This document shows, one piece after another, positions 54,501 through 63,500 of a stretch of 64,000 nucleotides of DNA (position 1 is its first letter; every line of letters begins with the position of its first letter). Origin of the DNA: Phoronis australis (lineage: Eukaryota; Animalia; Phoronida); contig NMRA01000343.1 of NCBI GenBank assembly GCA_002633005.1, forward strand, positions 1 to 64,000. Reading direction: 5' to 3'. The notes under the pieces are model-generated. The model was not told the origin of the DNA. It worked only from the letters and a program-made list of their open reading frames with translations, and searched no databases. The translations under genes were made by a program, and so were the position numbers.

Positions 54501-57500
54501 CCATTTCACACTATGTGGAGGGCCAATTGTTTTTCTTTAACTTAGCAATGTGTTACAAAAATCCAAATCATGAAATAAGACAATTCGATACTTCTTGGTT
54601 TCTATACTGTTGTCAAAACTGAGCTGATAGATAGTATTTTGTGTTTAAAGTTTCACCCTTATTTCATCTTACTTTGAACTTGGCAATTTTGACATGCCAA
54701 TGCAGTACTTGATACAGCTGTAGGTGTTTCTGTTTTACTACACATTTCAATCTGTGTAAGTGGCTGCAGATTCAGGTCTGAAGGCACACAACACTTCTGT
54801 AAGACAACACACCATTTCAAACTGTAACTGACTGGTATGTATTCAGGTCTGCAAGGCACACAACACTTCTGTATGACAACACATCATTTCAAACTGTAAC
54901 TGACTGGTATGTATTCAGGTCTGGAGGCCCAACTGCTAGGTATCGTGGTGCGTAAAGAGAGACCAGAGTTGGAGGAGCAGAAAGACACACTGGTGTTGAA
55001 TATAGCGGAGGGCAAGAAGAAACTGGTGGAACTGGAGGATAAGATCTTGAAGTGAGTCTAGTGACCCTCTGTCTGCACTTTGTAGTTGAAGTGAATCATT
55101 TTGAGACTACACTAGGCAAAGTTAGTAGCAGTCTGGGCTCTTCTCCTGGGGTCTGTTACGAAAAGTGACTTAAGACTGTTCGAAGTGTTGGAAGAACTAA
55201 TTCTGGATCAAGTTTATAATTATTATATTAATTGCAAACGCTTTTATAACTTTATTGTTAACAGTTTAAGTTTTCTTGCAAATAGCTAGACAGGAAAGTA
55301 CAATGTCTTGATTTAACGGTATTGAACATAAATCCCATACTTTCCTCGCAGACTGCTGAACGAGGCCCAGGGGTCATTACTTGATGACGAACAGTTGGTC
55401 AACACGCTGCAGACGTCCAAGACAACCTCCCAGGAGGTGTCCGAATCACTGCAGGTGGCGGAACAGACTGAGATTAAGATTGACGCTGCCCGAGAGGTAG
55501 GTTTGTTGCTGAGAATTAAATAGTTGGAGTTTCCTGCTCACTAGGTGGCACCAGTGAAATAATGGTTCTGTGATTGGATCTGAAAAATGTATGCATTCAT
55601 GTAGTCACGCGGAACACTTAGCTCATGGATGCCAGCCTGCACACAAGAAAACAACTTTTACTTTGTGTTTTCACTCCATTCACAGAATATGGAGTGTTGA
55701 TTTTTATTTGCACCTCATCAGAGAATCTCAAATTTATTCTGGACGTCTTGTCCTGTCATCTTGTAAAGTCTGTGCCATTTTTCTCAGTATCAAAAAGTTT
55801 ACTATATATTTCTTAGTCATTTCTTTGTGAAGCTGGACTTGAGGCTATTTGAAAGCCAAACCTTGCCAGGGCTATTTGAAAGCCAACCCCTGGGATATTT
55901 GAAAGGTAACCCTTGGGCTATTTGAAAGGTAACCCTTGGGCTATTTGAAAGCTAACCCTTTGGCTATTTGAAAGCTAACCCTTGGGCTATTTGAAATCCA
56001 ATTATCATTGTCTAGACAGGAATTTAGTGGCTCTGTTGATGTCCTGACATGACAAGGTATTAGTTTTCAAAAGCTATCTGTACAAAAATTTATTACATGA
56101 ATAAATAAATATTCTCAGACATCTGCTTCATTCATTTGGTCGTTAACTCTTTTATTCTTACATCTCACAGGGCTATCGTCCATGCGCCCAGAGAGCCTCC
56201 ATTTTGTTTTTCGTACTGAATGACATGGGTCGTATTGATCCTATGTATCAGTTCTCTTTGGACTCGTACATCGAGCTGTTCAACCTGTCCATTGATAAGA
56301 GTCAGCGAAGTTCGAAGACGGAGGAGAGAATACCAAACATTAACGATTACCACACCTACGCTGTGTACAGGTATGTCAAACTGCGATAAATAAACATTTT
56401 GTGTTGTAACAGCCAACCAAAACATAGTGTCGGTGTAAGGCAAAGTCCAAGTCATTTGATTGGAAGGGAACTATTCAAACTAGAATGTACAACGAGTTTT
56501 GCTGTATGTAATGATAATTCTCACTGTATGGCTTAGATACAATTATTTATACGTTTAATTTTCTTATGCTCATAGGCCCTTTAAACAATTTGAAGGTAGC
56601 ACATTTCAATTTTAGGAGAGGTTGCAAACGTGTTGGAGTGATAACATTGCTTGGACAAAATCAGTTTAAGGGCTGAAAAACCAGTTTTGTGGTATTGTTG
56701 CATGACTTTTACCAGAGCTTTAAAACAACAGAATTTGTCATGTTTTTGTGATTTTATTACAAATCGCCAATTTTAGACGTTGTTGGCTGGACATTTCCTG
56801 AAATCTAGGTCGGTGATTTCTTCAATTAAAATGTGCTTAAATGGTCTACTGTAAAAATTACAGAGTGGAGTTTAAATCTACTTACAAAGCGTTGGATTGC
56901 AACTGTTGAGGTTGTGAGCTCAAATTTGTATTGAGACTGATCTTAAAGAAACACTTTTCTTGGCAGTCATGTTACTTTAACAGAGTAATTAGTGTGTCGT
57001 TAAGAGTTTTATTTCAAAAAGTCATGCATTTGCTGTCATGGCGATGAGAAAGCTTTGGTTACTAAGTTTGTTAATTATTTTATTGCATTTTTTGTTTAAT
57101 AGTCCTGTATCTAGACAACATCATAGAATTCCACCATAACCATGTCGCTTTAAATTAAACACCAGGAAATGTTTCATCTACATTGAATTGCCTTGAAAGT
57201 TGTCAACACTTATGTTGTTTATTTTGTAGTGCTGATTTTAAGTTGCCACATTCTTAGAAATGAAATGATTGTGGCTTTCTGAAATCCTGCATTGGAATCA
57301 GATTGCACGATTAAGATTGACCCCATGAACTCTGACCTATAGGTACACGTGCCGAGGCCTGTTTGAGAAGCACAAGCTGTTGTTCTCCTTCCAAATGTGT
57401 GCCAAGATCCTGCAGGCAGCCGGAAAGCTCAATATGGATGAGTACAACTTCTTCCTCAGGGGTGGAATTGTAAGTAGGGTGAAGCACTGTTGGTGGATAT

Positions 57501-60500
57501 TGCACAGCTGTTGCTGGTAGTTTTGTTTTTCAGCGCATTTAGTAAAACCTCGAAAAATGATTTTAAGGTCCCATGATATCATTTTATACAATAATTTTAT
57601 GATCAACAATGTTGTGCTCTTGCGGAAGCAAACTTTTTTAATGTCCCATTATCTCAAGTTTCTGGCTGACCCACGAACTGAAACTACCCTCATGTTAAAT
57701 GGTTGCAAATCTCTTAACCTGCTGATGAGTACTTGATTTAATTTTGAAAATTTCAACAGGGAATTTTTAGGTCGAATCCTACTGACTATGATCCTGAGGA
57801 GATGTCTGAGGATGTAAGAATTATTGTGTCCACTGAAATACGTGTGGCTAGCATTGGTCACTCAGTGATTGTTGTTGGTTTTAGACTAGTTATTATTATT
57901 TTATCATTAATTACAGGGAATACTCCCCAGTCAAAATACAGTCTAGTGTTAGGTGTTAGGTAGTCAGGCACCTGAGTTTCATTGTGCATCTGTATTCTAC
58001 ACACAGTTTAGAACTGAAGGTTCACACATTCTGGTCAGCACTGTATACCACGTTAGTCTAGTTGGTTCAATGCCTCATACAAATGCCTAAGAACTCCGTG
58101 CAATGTCATTTCAGAGGTCAAATTCTAACTCTGCAGTGGAGTATTTGATAATGAAAATATTTGATAAACTCTATTTAATTCATTGAACAAACTGTTTTAA
58201 AATTTGTGGAGATAACTTGCCTTTACTAAAAAGACAAGAAGACAATAGTGACTTACAGTGGTCCCTGATTTCGAGAACCAGTTTGATGCACATTTTTCAG
58301 TGGAGAAAACTGTCTGGTTCTTAGAATGCAGGACCCATGCAAGTGACTATTGTGCAAAAAAGGGTTCCACCTGATAACAAACTGGTGTCACTTTACCAAA
58401 GTACGCTGAAATACTGCTTTTTCTTAATCAGTAAGGAATGTTCTTTCACATACAACTCACAAGCGTAGTTAGTAGGCTACACATTGTTATTCTGGTCACA
58501 GACACCAAAAATAACAAAAAAGGATGTGACGTGAGGCTTTAAGTTTAGTCAAATTTTCCAGCTTTAAAAAAGTGTTTTGGCCTCAAATGTTGCCTCAAAT
58601 GCAAACAGTGAACTTCGCTTTGCTCATTGCATAGTCATGTAAGCTATGAAAAAAATCTGTTGTAGTTCAGTTGCAGGTGGCACTGTACTTGACTTTAAAG
58701 CTCACCTGTAGAATACAAATATAAGCAATTTTAAGTAGTTGGACGTCTTCACTGTTGGTGTGGATCTAAGGCACGTATTTATTTAAAGACAATTTCAGGT
58801 TAAATAATTTATAGCTTGATAGATGGCTACACAATAGTCATTCTAACTTGAGTCAATCTTCCCTGTTTGGTAAACAGTACAAAGAAATATATGACATTTA
58901 GTTACAAGTCAGAGCAGAGTAAATGGTGTGAAGTACTTGACGTGAAGACATGACTCATGTGTTGCTGGTTCCAGGTGCTAGATAGAGACAACCAGATGGA
59001 CAACCCGTGTCCTGCATGGCTGAGCGATGACTCGTGGGATAATGTCACCGAGTTGGAAAAACTCGCCAACTTCCACGGCATACAGACCGCCTTTGAGCAG
59101 TACCCCCGGGACTGGCATGTCTGGTATACATCGTCTGAGCCAGAGACCACGTCTCTGCCAGGTAGGTATTGTTGGCGTGTAGTGGGTGATGAAGTTGTTA
59201 TCTAATATTGTGGGTGGTTTTTGACATGATTGTCTTTCTTTTTATTGTGGACTTACTGATCTGCTAAAGAAGTTACATGTTTTATATCCCTTTTGGAAGG
59301 GAATAATTGCTTCATTGTTTTACTTGTTTTGTATTTTGTTGATCATGCCACAGATTTGGTTACTTTAATTTGGTCCTTTTATATTTTTGTGAGTCAGTTT
59401 GAATTGTCCATTAAATTTGTAGGCAGTTATAATGATTTTATTCTGTACTTTTATAAGCAAGAAAAATGACTTAGATATGTTGGCTAATGTCTTTCATATA
59501 TATTGCAAATAAGTTTTTGCCAATTAAGGTATTCTGAAACTTTTCAAAATAATTCCATAAATTATGTGCAGAATCAATCTTCTTAATACTTAAAGTTAGG
59601 TGGCCCAGTTTCGATCATGTCTGCCACTAGATAAGTGTACATCATTGTCAGTATTTCTTAGTCACGGGTCTTGTCCGTCTTTCTCAGGTGAATGGGACAA
59701 CGCCTGTAATGAGCTGCAGAGAATGTTGATCCTGCGCTCCCTTCGACCTGATCGTGTCTCATTCTGTGCCACGTCATTCATCATCAACAACCTGGGGTCA
59801 AAGTTTGTTGAGCCTCCGGTCCTTGACATGAACCAAGTAGTGGAGGACTCCACCACAAGAACGCCACTTATCTTTGTCTTGTCACCGGGCGTAGTAAGTT
59901 TTCTTGCCTTTTATTCAATTTTGTATAAACACTCCCTAAGTTGATTTGACTGAAAAATTGTCTTTGATTGTTGTACAGTTTCTAGGGTGCATTCCATAAT
60001 ACATTACTTGCAAGATACAAGCCATGAGATATCTTGGCTTATGCGGTGAATGTGGTAGGCATTTTGGATCTTTGCATTAGAATTTTCTCCATTTCAACAC
60101 TTCAAGTAAGAATCCTATCACCTATGCTCAGTGGTGGTCACTTTGCTGGTGTTTGGCTGCATTAAGGTTGGCCGCTACTTTGCAAGACACTATCTTGATG
60201 CTTTGCCTGACAGAAAAATAATTTTGCGCGATTTTGTCAAATTCTTAGGACATTTTAGTTTTAATGAAATCGACAAAGATTTTTCTTGAAATTAGACTGG
60301 TGGCTATTTTATTTTGTGTATTCTTGCCTACAGGACCCCACCAGCGGATTACTGACCCTGGCTGAGAGCCGTAACATGGCACACAGGTTCCACGCTTTGT
60401 CCCTGGGGCAGGGCCAGGCCCCCATTGCCACAAGAATGATCAAAGAGGGAGTACGAGAGGTCAGTAGAGTCCTTAGAGGCTCGACAATGAGAAGTTATTT

Positions 60501-63500
60501 CTTTTCCAATATTACTTGGCAAGTGTCCCACTAAGAAAAACCATCTGTTCTCTAATTCTACTCGAATGAGAAAGGGTGATGAATTGGAAGAAATCTCCAT
60601 GTTTATGGTAAAGTTGCACCTGATGTGTATGTCATCAGTTGACCTTATATAACAGTATCTCAAACTTTTAAAGTTACTGGACCCAAGTTTGGCAAGTAAG
60701 ATCACCAAAATTCAAATTAAACCAGATTTTTTGCATGATGTAGATCAAAACGAATCATGATATTTCATATTGGTACAAAAAGTACCCAAAATCGTGTTTC
60801 TGTTGCTTCCTCGAACAATAATCGTAGAAAATTTTAATCAGAATCCCCAGAAAAATTTGATCTTCAATTTTTGTAAGACAATGCAAGGACATGTAGCTTT
60901 GACAACTTTCTGTACCCAAGTCAATGGTTACGGTTCATTTCTATGTATATCATGCAGACAATTCTGTTCAATTTATTAATTTAAAAAAGTTCATTCATCT
61001 TATTCGCCAAACTCAGGTCCAGCATCTTGTCTTGAAAAAGATCATGATAAGCAATGCAAATTTTATCTAAGCAAGCAGCTTGCTCTTTGTTCCCTCACCA
61101 AAAAGATACTAACTTGGGTATTTGATTAATACCCTCTGTAACTGATTGGTGTGTTGCCCATGTGATTGTGAAATACTGTCCTTTGCAGGGTAACTGGGTG
61201 TTCTTGGCCAACTGCCATCTGTCTCTCAGCTGGATGCCCCAGCTGGATAAGCTGGTTGAACAGCTGCAAATTGAGGAGCCCCACCCTGAGTTCAGGCTGT
61301 GGCTCAGCAGCAGTCCCCACCCCGAGTTTCCAATATCCATCCTGCAGGCAGGCATCAAGATGACCACAGAACCACCCAAGGTGAGTCCATGCTGGGTGTA
61401 GCAGGTGTCAGGCCAACTGTGCAGAATGTGGCCGCATGGTGAGGTAACTCCAGCTGTACACAGCATGTGGACACAGTTGGAAACAAATGTGTCTCTTTTC
61501 TGCTACACTTCTCTGTTTTAGGAAGTTAAATACATCTCAAGTGTATATCTAGGAATTCTTGGCTTTTTATTGATTGATAACAAAATACAGTAGATGGCAA
61601 ATTTTCGTTTTGTGTTGCATTTCACTCAGAAACTCTTCTATTTCACTGGTTCGTAAACTATTCATGTATCTCTGTTCAAATCAGGGCCTCAAAGCTAACA
61701 TGAAGCGCCTGTACCACCTGGTGTCCGAGCAACAGTTCAGTCGGTGCAAGCGGCCAGACAAGTATAAGAAGTTACTGTTTGCTCTCTGTTTTTTCCACTC
61801 TGTCCTCATTGAGCGAAGGAAGTTCTTGATGTTGGGTTGGAACATCAAGTATGAGTTCAACGACTCCGACTTTGAGGTAAATTATTCTGTAAAAGTTGCC
61901 AAAAGCCATTACAATGCAGTCTCTAAACCCCAATCTTTTGTTGTAAGCCAGTGTTCAGCACAATATTTTGACTTTTGGTAGTGTGTGAATTGCAAGATAG
62001 TATTAACCCCTTGAGGTTTAGATAGTCTTAGAATATTAAGTTCTTAAATTTCAGAAACATTCTGAAAATTTTTCTTCGAATTCGAGGGGCACACGCCTTC
62101 GGTTAAAATTTTTCCACAAGGAAAACATTTTTCTGATCATTCAAATCAGAATTTCTCAAAAAAAAAGTTCATTTTCCAATTGGCATACATTTGGGATTCA
62201 AATTCTTGATATTAAGTATTGAGATTTGAGCATGGAATCTAAACTAAATGGATTTGTTTTATGAACAATAGACTTCTTGCAGTTCAAAAAATATTACAAA
62301 TTTAATTATAAGTTAGGTAAGTTAAATGTCACTATTGCCTTGCTCCACTATAACTGCGTAACTCATTCCACTCCACCCTAGGTGTCTGAGAACTTGCTAA
62401 GTATCTATCTGGATGAGTATGAAGAAACCCCCTGGGATGCCTTGAAATACTTGATTGCTGGTATCAACTACGGGGGTCACGTGACCGATGACTACGATCG
62501 TCGACTGCTGATGACTTACATATCTGAGATGTTCTGTGAGGAGACCATTGCAGCACCATTCTTTAAGTAGGTTCCTTTCTTGGCAAAGTTCTGTGCCTTG
62601 TAGTTTACTTAATTAATAGTTTCTTTGTTGAAATAATTCTTTGGAATATAGACAGTATTTATTAAAAATTAAGTGGCATTTTGTCCAAGCAGGCACGTGT
62701 TATGAGTGTTTCCAAAGATCTGGCCCCTCCCTTCCCAGTCATTTTTCCTTGACTGTAATGGAGGGTCCCTCTTTTAATGGTCCTCTGGGCCATGATCCAG
62801 AATGAAAAAATAATGTCAAAACTAGGCCTAATTCTAACGAATTCATTAAACTCGACAACTGTTGATCAATCATTATTGAATAACAATCTCTTCAACAATT
62901 TTTTTATTCAGACTGTCGTCTCTACCCACGTATTACGTGCCAAAGGATGGACCACTCAACTCCTACAAAGAGTATGTTAGTATGCTACCCAACATTGATC
63001 ACCCCGAGGCTTTCGGCCAACACCCCAACGCTGATATCGCCTCGCAGATTGCCGAGACCAGGATGTTGTTCGAGACCCTGCTCTCGCTTCAGCCGCAGGT
63101 GTCCTCAGGAGGTGGAGAAAGCCGTGAAGATAAGGTGAGTTTGGCCGCAGTATTACTGTGTCATGTTGGAGAACATTACATTTTGGTTTGGTCGATAAAT
63201 CAGTGTTTAAATATCCAATTTACTCCAAAAAAATTAGAATTCCAAGACTGACAACTAGGTATTACAAATTTCTTCTGCTCAGTTTACAAAATGGAGGATG
63301 CACTGACATTTGGAACATGAATGATCATCACAGACTTGGGTACTGTGTGTGCACGAGAACAGTACATAGCACAACTGGTGGTCCCGATGGCTGGGTGGAC
63401 TTGAAGCTGTCCCCGGATTACTGAAGGTCATAGGGTTCAAGCAGAAATCTTTTTGGACTTTATAATCAGGTCAGATAATGTGACCATGTATGTGGGTATC

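Noticed and set aside
57917-57946. Second strong acceptor in intron 63 (GILPSQNTV*)
   Set aside because: In-frame TAG and no credible donor before it.
3255-61466. Numerous minus-strand ORFs overlapping exons
   Set aside because: Antisense shadows of coding exons; no independent gene structure or motifs.
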